A stretch of 64,000 nt of DNA, from assembly GCA_902798815.1 (NCBI GenBank), contig CADBYH010000002.1, forward strand, positions 23,998 to 87,997, in the 5' to 3' direction. Below are positions 10,218-20,643 of the stretch, one piece after another. Source of the stretch: an uncultured Erysipelotrichaceae bacterium. Its GTDB lineage: Bacteria > Bacillota_I > Bacilli_A > RF39 > UBA660. Position 1 is the first letter of the stretch. Each line of letters opens with the position of its first letter. The notes under the pieces were generated by a model. That model was not told the origin of the DNA and did not search any database. It worked only from the letters and a program-made list of their open reading frames with translations. The translations under genes were made by a program, and so were the position numbers.

Positions 10218-10973
10218 CTAATTCAAGTCAAACAAACGATAAGTATTTTCAAGGACTATTTTTCTTATTTCTTCTTCATCTTTTTGTAAAATTTCAGCAA
10301 CTTTTTTAGAAATATAAGGTATATATTTTGAACTATTTTTTTTACCCCTAAATGGTTCCGGAGTAAGATAAGGACTATCTGTTTCAAAAATAATATTATC
10401 TACACCTATTTGTTCTATTACTTTATACAAATTACTATTTTTAAATGTTACAACTCCTCCTATACCCAACATATAATTCATTTTCAAATATTCTTTAGCG
10501 GTTTCTAAACTACCACTAAAACAATGAATATCTCCATGAACATTTGGAAATTCTTTTAAAATAGATACCGTATCATTTACTGCATCTCTACTATGAATAA
10601 CAACGGGCAAATTATATTCATCAGCAATCAACATTTGTTTTCTAAATAACTCCTTTTGTTTATCAATATCATCTTTTCCATAATGATAATCAAGACCAAT
10701 TTCTCCAATTCCTACAACTTTAGTATCATTAATATGATCTTTCAAAAAAATCAAATCAGATTCACTAGTTATATTTACCTCACTAGGATGAAAACCAATC
10801 GTAACATAAACACAATCATATTTTGTTGCTAAATCCAATGATTCAATAATAGAATATTTTGTACATCCAGAAATAATTATCTTTTCCACGCCAGCAGCAA
10901 GATTTTCTTTTATAACTAAATCAATATCATCATAATCCTCTATAGATAAATGACAATGTGTATCAATATACAT
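10218..10973 (-). CDS. tatD: TatD-family metal-dependent DNase/hydrolase
   Basis: MYIDTHCHL start with GGAGGG RBS. IGEIGLDY and VIHSRDA motifs. Located downstream of metG as yabD is in B. subtilis. Confidence 0.93.
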   Translation of the reverse strand: MYIDTHCHLSIEDYDDIDLVIKENLAAGVEKIIISGCTKYSIIESLDLATKYDCVYVTIGFHPSEVNITSESDLIFLKDHINDTKVVGIGEIGLDYHYGKDDIDKQKELFRKQMLIADEYNLPVVIHSRDAVNDTVSILKEFPNVHGDIHCFSGSLETAKEYLKMNYMLGIGGVVTFKNSNLYKVIEQIGVDNIIFETDSPYLTPEPFRGKKNSSKYIPYISKKVAEILQKDEEEIRKIVLENTYRLFDLN

Positions 10974-11022
10974 ATTATCCCTCCACAATTATTATATAAC
11001 AAAAAAAATAAGAAAACACTTC

Positions 11023-12561
11023 TTATTTTTTTGAATCAATTCTCATAAATAAAGCTTTAGGCGTACTTAATTCATATTTATTATCAGGATTATAACTAAA
11101 TGATTTATCATTAATATTCAATTGTTTAAATATCTCATCACTTGTTAAAGTTAAAAATGGATTTAAAAACACTGAACATACTCTTATAGATTCAAGAAGA
11201 TTATATAAAACAGTCTCTAATCTATCAGATAAAGATTCATCTTTTGCCAATATCCAAGGAGTTGTTTCATCAATGTACTTATTACTTGCACGTAATACAT
11301 TAAATATTTCAGTTAATGCATCACTTATTTGTAATTTATCCATTTTATCACTGATACTTTTCTCCAAACCATTTATTTCACTGATAAATGCCTCATCTAT
11401 CTTTTCATTAATGCCTTTATTTATTATTTTTCCATCAAAATATTTATTTCCCATTGAAATGGTTCTTTGTACCAAATTACCAAGTATATTAGCAAGATCT
11501 CCATTTATTCTTTCAATTAATAAATCTCTAGTAAATATACCGTCACTTGCAAAAGGAATTTCATGTAAGAAATAATATCTGACTGCATCAACTCCAAATT
11601 CTTCTACTAAATCATCAGCATAAATAACATTACCACGAGATTTACTCATCTTCCCATCACTCATTATTAACCAAGGATGTCCAAAAACCTGTTTTGGTAA
11701 AGGAATGTCTAAACTCATTAAAAAACAAGGCCAATATATTGTATGAAATCTAATTATATCTTTTCCTATCAAATGTAAATCTGCTGGCCATTTATAATTA
11801 AATTCAGCATTATCAACACCAACATCATAACCTATATTTGTAATATAATTTGTTAAAGCATCAAGCCATACATATACAACATGTTTAGGATCAAAATCAA
11901 CAGGTATTCCCCATTTAAAAGATGTTCTTGATACACATAAATCTTGCAAACCTGGTTTAATAAAATTATTAACCATTTCATTTTTACGTGATACCGGTTG
12001 AATAAAATCTGGATGCTCTTCAATATATTTTTCAAGTTGTTTTTGGTATTTACTTAATTTAAAGAAATAAGCCTCTTCAGATTTCTTTTCAACAACTCTA
12101 CCACAATCAGGACAAACATACTCACCATTTTCATTTTTATCTAATTGAGATTCTGTCCAGAATGCTTCATCAGGAGTACAATACCATCCCTCATATTTAC
12201 CTAAGTAAATATCACCTTTATCATACATATATTTAAAAATATGTTGTACAACCTTTTCATGATTAGGATCTGTTGTTCTAACAAAATTATCATAACTAGT
12301 ATTCATAATATCCCAAATTTGTTTTATAACTTCTGATTTTTCATCAACAAATTGTTTTGGAGATATACCTGCCTCTTTTGCCTTCAACTCGATTTTTTCT
12401 CCATGTTCATCAGTACCAGTTTGAAAATAAACATCATAACCTTGTAATCTTTTAAATCTTGCTATAGCATCAGCCAAAACAATCTCATATGTATTACCAA
12501 TATGAGGTTTTCCAGATGTATATGCAATTGCTGTAGAAATATAATACTTTTCTTTTTTCAT
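11023..12561 (-). CDS. metG: Methionine--tRNA ligase (short form, no C-terminal tRNA-binding domain)
   Basis: HIGN (HIGH) and KMSKS motifs, CPDC zinc knuckle. Confidence 0.97.
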   Translation of the reverse strand: MKKEKYYISTAIAYTSGKPHIGNTYEIVLADAIARFKRLQGYDVYFQTGTDEHGEKIELKAKEAGISPKQFVDEKSEVIKQIWDIMNTSYDNFVRTTDPNHEKVVQHIFKYMYDKGDIYLGKYEGWYCTPDEAFWTESQLDKNENGEYVCPDCGRVVEKKSEEAYFFKLSKYQKQLEKYIEEHPDFIQPVSRKNEMVNNFIKPGLQDLCVSRTSFKWGIPVDFDPKHVVYVWLDALTNYITNIGYDVGVDNAEFNYKWPADLHLIGKDIIRFHTIYWPCFLMSLDIPLPKQVFGHPWLIMSDGKMSKSRGNVIYADDLVEEFGVDAVRYYFLHEIPFASDGIFTRDLLIERINGDLANILGNLVQRTISMGNKYFDGKIINKGINEKIDEAFISEINGLEKSISDKMDKLQISDALTEIFNVLRASNKYIDETTPWILAKDESLSDRLETVLYNLLESIRVCSVFLNPFLTLTSDEIFKQLNINDKSFSYNPDNKYELSTPKALFMRIDSKK

Positions 12562-12574
12562 AATTATCCCTCCA

Positions 12575-12800
12575 AAAAAAAATTATTATAAATATAAGGA
12601 CGAAATATCGCGGTACCACCTTACTTTATAATAATTAATATTATACACTTAACATAGTTAACGCCTATATACGTCTATATCTACATATCGATATAAAAGT
12701 TCAGAAGCCATACAACTATATAATCTTATACTCATTTTCACCATCAGAGTTCTCTAAAATAAAACATAATATAGTGCTCTTCATCACAACATTTAAATAT
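12575..12800 (-). promoter_or_regulatory. T-box leader (Met specifier) upstream of metG
   Basis: The minus strand carries the T-box core AAGGTGGTACCGCG (12609-12622). There is an upstream AGAGA element, and a GGTGAAAATGAG loop places AUG (12735-12733) as the specifier. A possible terminator precedes the T9 run before the RBS. Confidence 0.75.
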
Positions 12801-12844
12801 GTTCATATATTAACATAAATAATATTTTTAATCAAGAATAATAA

Positions 12845-13492
12845 TTAAATTTTAAACAATCTAGAATTATTAATAGTAAATAAATACCTTTCTGTTTGTT
12901 CCTTTACTCCATTAATTAAAGTAGTATCTTTAACAAGTATTTTTATATCCATACTCTCTAATATTTGTTTTTGATATATTCCTTTCAAATACTTTGTAAT
13001 ACCAGATATAACTTTATCTTTTGCTTCTTCTGTATCAATTTTCTTAAATAAACTATCTATTTCCCTTATAATAGTCTTCTCATAAGAATTTTGTAACTCT
13101 TTTTTAATAATTGTTCTTATTTTCTTATTTATATCTGTAAAATCTTTTTTATTAATTTTAATAATATCTTTTTGATTTATAATTTTTGTGTCTTCTACTA
13201 TTTTTATAAGTGTTACTTTTCTTATTTTACCTATTTCATCACAACAATCAGATAACATTTTTCTATAATTATCTAGAATTGTTGATAATTTATCAATATC
13301 AATAATACATTTATTACTTTTGGATAAATCTAATATTTTTGATTTTATTAAATCCATAGAATCCAATGGAGGTTTTTTAAATAAAGGTTTTATATCACCA
13401 TCAATTAATATTTCCGTATTATTATTAATAATATCTATAATTGATTTTTTATATCCTTCAATATGTTGTTGTAATATTTCATTGTTATCCAT
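12845..13492 (-). CDS. Hypothetical protein (215 aa, probably helical, K/I/D-rich)
   Basis: AGGAGG RBS and a clean ORF between mfd and the metG leader. I recognise no motif. Confidence 0.65.
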   Translation of the reverse strand: MDNNEILQQHIEGYKKSIIDIINNNTEILIDGDIKPLFKKPPLDSMDLIKSKILDLSKSNKCIIDIDKLSTILDNYRKMLSDCCDEIGKIRKVTLIKIVEDTKIINQKDIIKINKKDFTDINKKIRTIIKKELQNSYEKTIIREIDSLFKKIDTEEAKDKVISGITKYLKGIYQKQILESMDIKILVKDTTLINGVKEQTERYLFTINNSRLFKI

Positions 13493-13534
13493 TTAACTCC
13501 TCCTAGCATTAACAATTTAACAACTAATACATTT

Positions 13535-16500
13535 TTAGTCAAGAGAATTATTATCATTTTTATCAATTTTAGTCAACAAATCTACTAAATAGAATATTGG
13601 ATGTTTCTCTAATTTAATAGTATCAAGAACTATCACAAGCTTATTTCCCATACTTTTAAACCTAAACATAGGAGTAATATTAAATGCTTCAACAAATAAA
13701 TCATCAATACTCATATTCATTTTATCTACTATATCTTGACAGAAAACTATTTCAATCGAATTTTTATTTTGATGAACATTAAATATATTAACATTTTTAG
13801 CTAATTTTTCAAACCATTCCTCGTACATATATATAATAACATCTTCATTTAATTTACCAAATCGGTCTTCTAATTCATTTTTAACATTATTAAAACTATC
13901 ATAATTATAAATAGAATTAATTTTTTTATGAATTTCAATTTTTAAATCATCTTCTGAAACATAATCATCCGAAATATGTGTTGTTACATTTATTAATGGA
14001 CGAACATCATCCTGTTCTAATTCATCCTCTACATCAACATTATTTCTTCTATTTATTTCATCATTTAATAATTTTAAATACAAATCAATACCTACACTAT
14101 CAATAAAACCTGCCTGTTCACTTCCTAAAATATCTCCAGCACCTCTAATAGATAAATCTCTAGTAGCAATAGAAAACCCACTACCTAATTCAGTAAATTC
14201 CTTTATAACATTAAGTCTTTTCACCGCTGTCTCAGATAAAGATTTAAAAGGTTGATATGTTAAGTAGGCATATGCAAATTTATCACTTCTTCCTACTCTA
14301 CCTCTAATTTGATACAACTGACTCAAACCAAATTTATCTGCATCAATAATAATTAAAGTATTAACATTAGGAATATCAATTCCTGTCTCAATAATAGTCG
14401 TACATATCAAAATATCATACTTATAATTAACAAAATCATAAATTGTATTTTCTAATTGTGTTTTCGTCATCTGCCCATGAGCTATAGCGATACGAGCATC
14501 TCCAACTAAATTCTTAATTTTTAGACTGAACTCATCAATTGATTGTACTCTATTATATAAGATAAAAACCTGTCCATTACGAGATAATTCTTTATATATT
14601 GCATCTCTTAAAATTTGTTTATTTTCTTCAACTACATACGTTTGAACAGGATACCTATTAATTGGTGGAGTAGTTAATAATGATAAACTTCTAATACCAA
14701 CTAAAGACATTTGCAACGTTCTAGGTATTGGTGTCGCAGTCAAAGTAAGAACATCAACATTTGTTTTATACTGCTTTATTTTTTCTTTATGAGCAACTCC
14801 AAATCTCTGCTCCTCATCTATTATAAGTAATCCTAAATCCTTTAAAATAATATCATCACTTAATAATCTATGGGTTCCAATAACCATATCAATTGTTCCG
14901 TCTTTTAAACCAGAAAGTGTTCTATTAACCTCTTTTTGAGAAGTAAATCTATTTAAAATAGCAATATTCACAGGAAATTTTCTAAATCTTTCAAGAGCAT
15001 TCTCATAATGTTGATTTGAAAGAATAGTAGTTGGACATAAAAACAAAACCTGTTTTGAATCAAGAATTGCTTTAAACGCCGCTACAAAAGCAACCTCAGT
15101 TTTACCAAAACCAACATCTCCACATAATAACCTATCCATTGGGACTGGTTTTTCCATATCTTCCTTAATCTGATTGATTGCATTTATCTGATCATTAGTC
15201 AAATCAAATTGAAATTCTTTTTCAAAATCTTCTGATAAATCACAATCCTTTGAAAAAGCAAAACCTTTCCTAGATTCTCTTTCCGCATATAACCTGATTA
15301 ATTGATCAGCCATATCATTAACTTTTTCTTTTACTCTATTTTTTGTTTTTCTCCATTCAGTACCACCTAATTTATTTATCTTAGGTCTAACACCTTCTCT
15401 TCCAGAGTATTTACTAATCAATTCAATTTTTTCAACAGGAATGTACATCTTATCAGTACCTTGATATAAAATTTCTAAATAATCTTTTGTAATATCACTC
15501 AAAGTTAAAGATTTTATTCCATTATATATTCCAATACCATGAATATTATGAACTATATAATCACCAGGAGATATTTTATTTATATCAGTTATAGATGTTG
15601 AATATTTATATTTAGTATTATATCTTTTATGTTTTACTTTAATATTAAACAACTCACTAGATGACAAAACAATTAAATTATTATAAATAAAACCATTACT
15701 TATTTCTAAATCAACTAAATTTACACAATTATTATTTATTTCTTCCATTGTTGTTTCAACAATTTTCATATTTAGATATTTGTATAAATTTTTAAATTGG
15801 TATTTTTTTACACATATAATAACTGTTTTACCATTTCTAATATTATTATTAATAAAATCATTTATTTTATCACAATCCTCATTAAAAGAATTGATTGTTT
15901 TAATATCAAAATTCAAACTACTTTCTACATATTTACTGGTATTTACATTTTTTAAAGATGCATAATATAAAATAAACTTTGGATTAATATCATTTAAATC
16001 AAACATATAATTATAATCAAAACCACTATCTTTATCTTTTTTATAAGTAATAACTTCTTTCATAATATTTTTATAAGATACCTCTAATTGATCATAATCT
16101 TTATATACAGTAATGACATTATCTAAATAATCATTTATATTTGAAACTTTCTCATATAACTGCAAATATTTCTGTTTTCCAAAATGCAATTCATCAACTT
16201 TTGTATTTGTAATAAATTCAGAAAAGGGATATATAGATATACAATCTAGTTCTTTAAGAGATTTTTGAGTTTCAACATCAAATGCCCTAATAGATTCAAT
16301 CTCATCATCAAAAAATTCAACTCTAATAGGATTATTTTCATCAATTGGAAAAACATCAATAATAAATCCTCTAACAGCAAATTCACCAGTTTTATTAACA
16401 ATAGTATCCCTTGAATAACCAATTGAAACTAATTTATCAACCAAAACAGATGGAGATATAACATCCCCTTTATTAACATTTATAAAACTTTTAATATATT

Positions 16501-16861
16501 TATCTTTACTAGGTAAAAATCTAAGATATCCCATTAAATTAGTAATAACAATTTTTTTATCATCATTATTACAAATTAAATTTAATGATTCCATTCTCTT
16601 TATCATCAAATCTGGAGAAATAGCAAGAGCTTCACTAGTTAAGAAATCATCCATAGGAAATAACAACACTTTATCAGTATAAACAACTAAACTATTATAT
16701 AATTTATTTGCTTCATATAAACTATCAACAACTAATAAAACGTTTCTATTTTCTTTAATACGAACAGAATTTAAAAAGCAACAAAAAAATTCATCGGTCA
16801 TATTATATAGACCCATGTTATTTCTTAAATCATAAGTAATAAAATCATTAAAAGACTTCAT
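13535..16861 (-). CDS. mfd: Transcription-repair coupling factor
   Basis: 1108 aa, helicase motifs GDVGFGKTEVA and DEEQRFG, TRG region. Downstream of pth as usual. Confidence 0.97.
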   Translation of the reverse strand: MKSFNDFITYDLRNNMGLYNMTDEFFCCFLNSVRIKENRNVLLVVDSLYEANKLYNSLVVYTDKVLLFPMDDFLTSEALAISPDLMIKRMESLNLICNNDDKKIVITNLMGYLRFLPSKDKYIKSFINVNKGDVISPSVLVDKLVSIGYSRDTIVNKTGEFAVRGFIIDVFPIDENNPIRVEFFDDEIESIRAFDVETQKSLKELDCISIYPFSEFITNTKVDELHFGKQKYLQLYEKVSNINDYLDNVITVYKDYDQLEVSYKNIMKEVITYKKDKDSGFDYNYMFDLNDINPKFILYYASLKNVNTSKYVESSLNFDIKTINSFNEDCDKINDFINNNIRNGKTVIICVKKYQFKNLYKYLNMKIVETTMEEINNNCVNLVDLEISNGFIYNNLIVLSSSELFNIKVKHKRYNTKYKYSTSITDINKISPGDYIVHNIHGIGIYNGIKSLTLSDITKDYLEILYQGTDKMYIPVEKIELISKYSGREGVRPKINKLGGTEWRKTKNRVKEKVNDMADQLIRLYAERESRKGFAFSKDCDLSEDFEKEFQFDLTNDQINAINQIKEDMEKPVPMDRLLCGDVGFGKTEVAFVAAFKAILDSKQVLFLCPTTILSNQHYENALERFRKFPVNIAILNRFTSQKEVNRTLSGLKDGTIDMVIGTHRLLSDDIILKDLGLLIIDEEQRFGVAHKEKIKQYKTNVDVLTLTATPIPRTLQMSLVGIRSLSLLTTPPINRYPVQTYVVEENKQILRDAIYKELSRNGQVFILYNRVQSIDEFSLKIKNLVGDARIAIAHGQMTKTQLENTIYDFVNYKYDILICTTIIETGIDIPNVNTLIIIDADKFGLSQLYQIRGRVGRSDKFAYAYLTYQPFKSLSETAVKRLNVIKEFTELGSGFSIATRDLSIRGAGDILGSEQAGFIDSVGIDLYLKLLNDEINRRNNVDVEDELEQDDVRPLINVTTHISDDYVSEDDLKIEIHKKINSIYNYDSFNNVKNELEDRFGKLNEDVIIYMYEEWFEKLAKNVNIFNVHQNKNSIEIVFCQDIVDKMNMSIDDLFVEAFNITPMFRFKSMGNKLVIVLDTIKLEKHPIFYLVDLLTKIDKNDNNSLD

Positions 16862-16869
16862 ATTATCAC

Positions 16870-17439
16870 CTATTTATTCTTTCGATTATATTTATTCATT
16901 AATTCAAAAAAATCATATTTAAAAAAATCATCAATCACTTTATCTATTTCATCAAATAAAGTATTAATTATATTTTTTTCCTCAACAGATATTTTTCCTA
17001 ATACATAATCTTTAGTATCACTTTCTTTATTGTTTGATATTCCAATTTTGATTCTTTTATATTCATTAGTATTAAGCTTATTTTCAATATCTCTTAAACC
17101 ATTATGACCTCCACATGAACCTTTTGATTTAAGTTTATAATTCCCAGTATTTAAATCTAAATCATCTGAAATAATTAAAATATCATCAATTTCAATATTA
17201 TAATAATCGACAATTTTTCTTACTGAATTACCAGAAAGATTCATAAAAGTTAATGGTTTTAAAAACAATACTTTTTCACCACTTATAGAAGTTAATAAAT
17301 ATTCTCCATCAAATTTTTTACTCCATTTTTCTGTAATATTTTTATAAGAAATATAGTGATCAATACACATAAAACCAATATTATGTCTAGTATCAACATA
17401 TTCTTTTCCAGGATTACCCAAACCAACAATAAGTTTCAT
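16870..17439 (-). CDS. pth: Peptidyl-tRNA hydrolase
   Basis: MKLIVGLGNPG...TRHNIGF and GGHNGL motifs. Confidence 0.97.
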   Translation of the reverse strand: MKLIVGLGNPGKEYVDTRHNIGFMCIDHYISYKNITEKWSKKFDGEYLLTSISGEKVLFLKPLTFMNLSGNSVRKIVDYYNIEIDDILIISDDLDLNTGNYKLKSKGSCGGHNGLRDIENKLNTNEYKRIKIGISNNKESDTKDYVLGKISVEEKNIINTLFDEIDKVIDDFFKYDFFELMNKYNRKNK

Positions 17440-17443
17440 TTAA

Positions 17444-18280
17444 TCACTTCCTTTTATGATACTCATTATAAATAATAGATTTTGCAACTCTACGCTCTTT
17501 AGCCACTTGTTTTATTGCTTTCATTTCACTCATCTCATCTAAATACATTTTTACATGATCAACAATATCTAGATTACTATAATCTATAACTTCTTTATTT
17601 CCCTCAACTACTATAACAAATTCTCCTTTTAAATCATCAACAATTGGTATTATTTCGCTTATTCTTCCCCTTATATACTCCTCGTAAATTTTTGTCAATT
17701 CTCTACAAAGACAAATATTACGATCTCCAAATACATCTAAAATATTAGATAAAGTTTTTTTTAAACGATGAACAGCCTCATAAAAAATAATAGTAAACTT
17801 TATATCTTTTAAACTAGTTAATTCTTGAATTTGCTTACTAGATTTAGAATTTAAGAAACCATAATAAAGAAAAGGAGATGGTTCAATACCAGAAGAAGTC
17901 AAAGCAGGAACAAAAGCTGTAGCTCCTGGTAAACTTATAACATTATATCCCTTTTCAATAACTTGTTTTGAAACAATATAACCAGGATCACTAATTATAG
18001 GAGTTCCCTGATCTGTAACAAGTCCTAAATTTTTACCATTATCTAATTTTTTTATAACATAGTCAATAATATCCTTTTCATTATATTCATGACAACTTGT
18101 TAACTTTTTCTTAATATTATATTTATGTAATAATAAACCCGTATCTCTAGTATCCTCGCATAATATTTCATCAACCATTTTCAAAGTATTTAAAGAACGT
18201 ACCGTAATGTCATCTATATTACCAATTGGTGTTGGAATTAAATATAGACTCGGACTATTATCAAAGCTACGTTGAATCAT
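17444..18280 (-). CDS. rsmI: 16S rRNA (cytidine1402-2'-O)-methyltransferase
   Basis: LYLIPTPIGN and CEDTR motifs of the tetrapyrrole-methylase-like fold. Confidence 0.92.
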   Translation of the reverse strand: MIQRSFDNSPSLYLIPTPIGNIDDITVRSLNTLKMVDEILCEDTRDTGLLLHKYNIKKKLTSCHEYNEKDIIDYVIKKLDNGKNLGLVTDQGTPIISDPGYIVSKQVIEKGYNVISLPGATAFVPALTSSGIEPSPFLYYGFLNSKSSKQIQELTSLKDIKFTIIFYEAVHRLKKTLSNILDVFGDRNICLCRELTKIYEEYIRGRISEIIPIVDDLKGEFVIVVEGNKEVIDYSNLDIVDHVKMYLDEMSEMKAIKQVAKERRVAKSIIYNEYHKRK

Positions 18281-19011
18281 CTAATCACTTCCTCTTGCAT
18301 TCTTTTATACTCATCACTAATAGAACCATCTGAGTTATACATAACCAAAGGTCTATCAATAAATAACCCCGGATTACCGCATTTTTGACCTTCAATTAAA
18401 ACTATACTACTCTGTTTATCAATTGATTCATAAATAAATTTAACCCTTTTTGGTTCAATATTATACTTTCTAAAACTATCAAAAATATCTAATAATCTCT
18501 CTGTTCTATGAACAATACAAAAATTTCCTTTTTCTTTTAAAACTTTATTTGCACAATAACAAACTTGATCTAAATTAATCAGTATCTCGTGTCTTGCAAC
18601 AGCCTTTTCATAACTTATATTCTTTATACTACTTTCAATATTTTTAAAAAATGGTGGATTACATAAAACCAAATCATATTTATTAATATTATCATTAACA
18701 TTTGAAAAATCAATAACATTCATATTATACAAGTTAATTCTATTACCCAAATTATTATACTCAACAGATTTTTTAGCTAAAGCAAACACATTATTTTGAA
18801 TCTCAACAGCATCAATTATTCTATTACATCTTTTACTTAGAATTAAAGGAATAACTGCATTACCTGTACAAAAATCAACTATATTTTTATCCTTTAATCT
18901 AATCGTTGAATAATTTGCTAAAAAAACACTATCCAAAGAAAAAGAAAAATATTGAGAGTCTTGATAGATTTTTAAATTTTTATATCCAAGGATATCATTA
19001 ATTTTTTCCAT
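18277..19011 (-). CDS. tRNA (adenine-N6)-methyltransferase, YabB/TrmN6-like
   Basis: NPPF motif (LCNPPFF). The start is placed at MEKINDILGYK, which overlaps the ricT stop by 14 nt. Confidence 0.85.
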   Translation of the reverse strand: MEKINDILGYKNLKIYQDSQYFSFSLDSVFLANYSTIRLKDKNIVDFCTGNAVIPLILSKRCNRIIDAVEIQNNVFALAKKSVEYNNLGNRINLYNMNVIDFSNVNDNINKYDLVLCNPPFFKNIESSIKNISYEKAVARHEILINLDQVCYCANKVLKEKGNFCIVHRTERLLDIFDSFRKYNIEPKRVKFIYESIDKQSSIVLIEGQKCGNPGLFIDRPLVMYNSDGSISDEYKRMQEEVIR

Positions 19012-19798
19012 CTCTTGATTCCCCAGGAAATTTGCTAATTCCTTTATCTCCCAAATCAACAGAGTAAGTATTATTAAATACATCAATATCAACAACTTTT
19101 CCCATTCCTTCAGGAGTATCAGTTATTAAACCAATCTTAGGTAATGATTTTTTTAATTCGGTATATGTTTCATTTTCATATCCCAAACAACATAATAATC
19201 TTCCACAAATACCATTTATTTTAGAAGGGTTTAATGCAAGTAGTTGATTCTTTGCCATATTTATTGAAACACTATTAAAATCAGTTAAAAACGTATTACA
19301 ACATAAAAATAATCCACAAGGCCCTAACCCACCTATTTTTTTAGATTTATCCCTAACACCAATTTGTCTTAATTCAATTCTTGTTTTGTATTTTTGTGCT
19401 ATTTTTTTTACTAAATCCCTAAAATCGATTCGATCATCTGAAATAAAAAACAAAGACAATTGTAATCCATCAATACTCATATATGAATCAATAAAATTCA
19501 TATCAAGATTTAATTCCTTACTATACTTTTTAGCATCTTTTAATGCATTAACTTGTATTTTATTATTCTTTTTAATTTTTAATTCATCATCCTTAGAAAG
19601 TATTCTTATAACACTATTTAATGGTAAATCCAAATTTTTCTTTTTTTCTTTATAAGTTTCTTTAATAACTTTACCACTATATAAAATTCCATCAACTTCA
19701 AACACCACTAAATCACCTTTCTTTAAATCTAAAAAACCAGGTGATAAATAATAAATACTTTTCATTTCTGGAATACTAACAACAACAACATTCATCAT
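18998..19798 (-). CDS. ricT: PSP1-domain protein RicT/YaaT
   Basis: Cys-rich PSP1 signature GLGPCGLFLCC...CGRLLCC. Downstream of holB as in B. subtilis. Confidence 0.93.
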   Translation of the reverse strand: MMNVVVVSIPEMKSIYYLSPGFLDLKKGDLVVFEVDGILYSGKVIKETYKEKKKNLDLPLNSVIRILSKDDELKIKKNNKIQVNALKDAKKYSKELNLDMNFIDSYMSIDGLQLSLFFISDDRIDFRDLVKKIAQKYKTRIELRQIGVRDKSKKIGGLGPCGLFLCCNTFLTDFNSVSINMAKNQLLALNPSKINGICGRLLCCLGYENETYTELKKSLPKIGLITDTPEGMGKVVDIDVFNNTYSVDLGDKGISKFPGESRDGKN

Positions 19799-19801
19799 AA
19801 C

Positions 19802-20635
19802 CTATCCTCCTATTAAAATAGAAAACAAAGAATTTAACCATAATTTAATATTTACATTGAAATCTAATTTTGGTAATTCTGTTTCTATAATAGTCATTAT
19901 ATTTATTAAGTCATTTTTATCATTTTTATCTAACATTATCTTTATCTCACCATTATCAAGTGTTTTATCTAAATAACTTAATATTATTCTTTCTACTTCA
20001 TATATTTTTTCCTTAATCTTTTTTTTATCAGAAAAAACATCGTTTATATAGATATTATAATTTATAAAAAATTTCTTAGGATTTAAAATACATTCTAAAA
20101 CATCAACAACACTATTATCATTAAAACTAATATTATCATTTTCTTTTAATGATAATATTTGACACCTTGAAAGAATAGTATCAATAATCAAATAACGATT
20201 ATAAGTAACTAGAAACGCAATAATATCATTTTCTGGTTCCTCTAGAAATTTTAATATAGTATTTGCAGAATAATCATTCAATTTTTCTGCTTCTTTGATA
20301 ATATATATTTTCTTATTATTTAAAAGTGACTTATTTTTAAATTCACTCATCAAATCTATAATCTCAGATTTTTTAATCATAGATAAATTTGTATCTATTG
20401 TATAAATATCCGGATAATTTCCTTCATCAATCGACTTAATAACACTAGAATCTATACTATCAATATTATCATAGGTAGTATTAAATAAAATCATCTTTAT
20501 GAAATCTAATAAAAAAACATAATCAGTATCATAATTATCAATTTCTAAAATATAAGCATGTGAAACACTATTTTTTTTTATAATATTGTTTATATAATCA
20601 ATATATTTTTTTTTAATATAAGATACTTCTTTCAT
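19802..20635 (-). CDS. holB: DNA polymerase III delta-prime subunit
   Basis: SHAYIL, ANTILKFLEEP and SRCQ motifs. ATG at 20635 is preferred over GTG at 20647. Confidence 0.88.
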   Translation of the reverse strand: MKEVSYIKKKYIDYINNIIKKNSVSHAYILEIDNYDTDYVFLLDFIKMILFNTTYDNIDSIDSSVIKSIDEGNYPDIYTIDTNLSMIKKSEIIDLMSEFKNKSLLNNKKIYIIKEAEKLNDYSANTILKFLEEPENDIIAFLVTYNRYLIIDTILSRCQILSLKENDNISFNDNSVVDVLECILNPKKFFINYNIYINDVFSDKKKIKEKIYEVERIILSYLDKTLDNGEIKIMLDKNDKNDLINIMTIIETELPKLDFNVNIKLWLNSLFSILIGG

Positions 20636-20643
20636 AAAAAACC

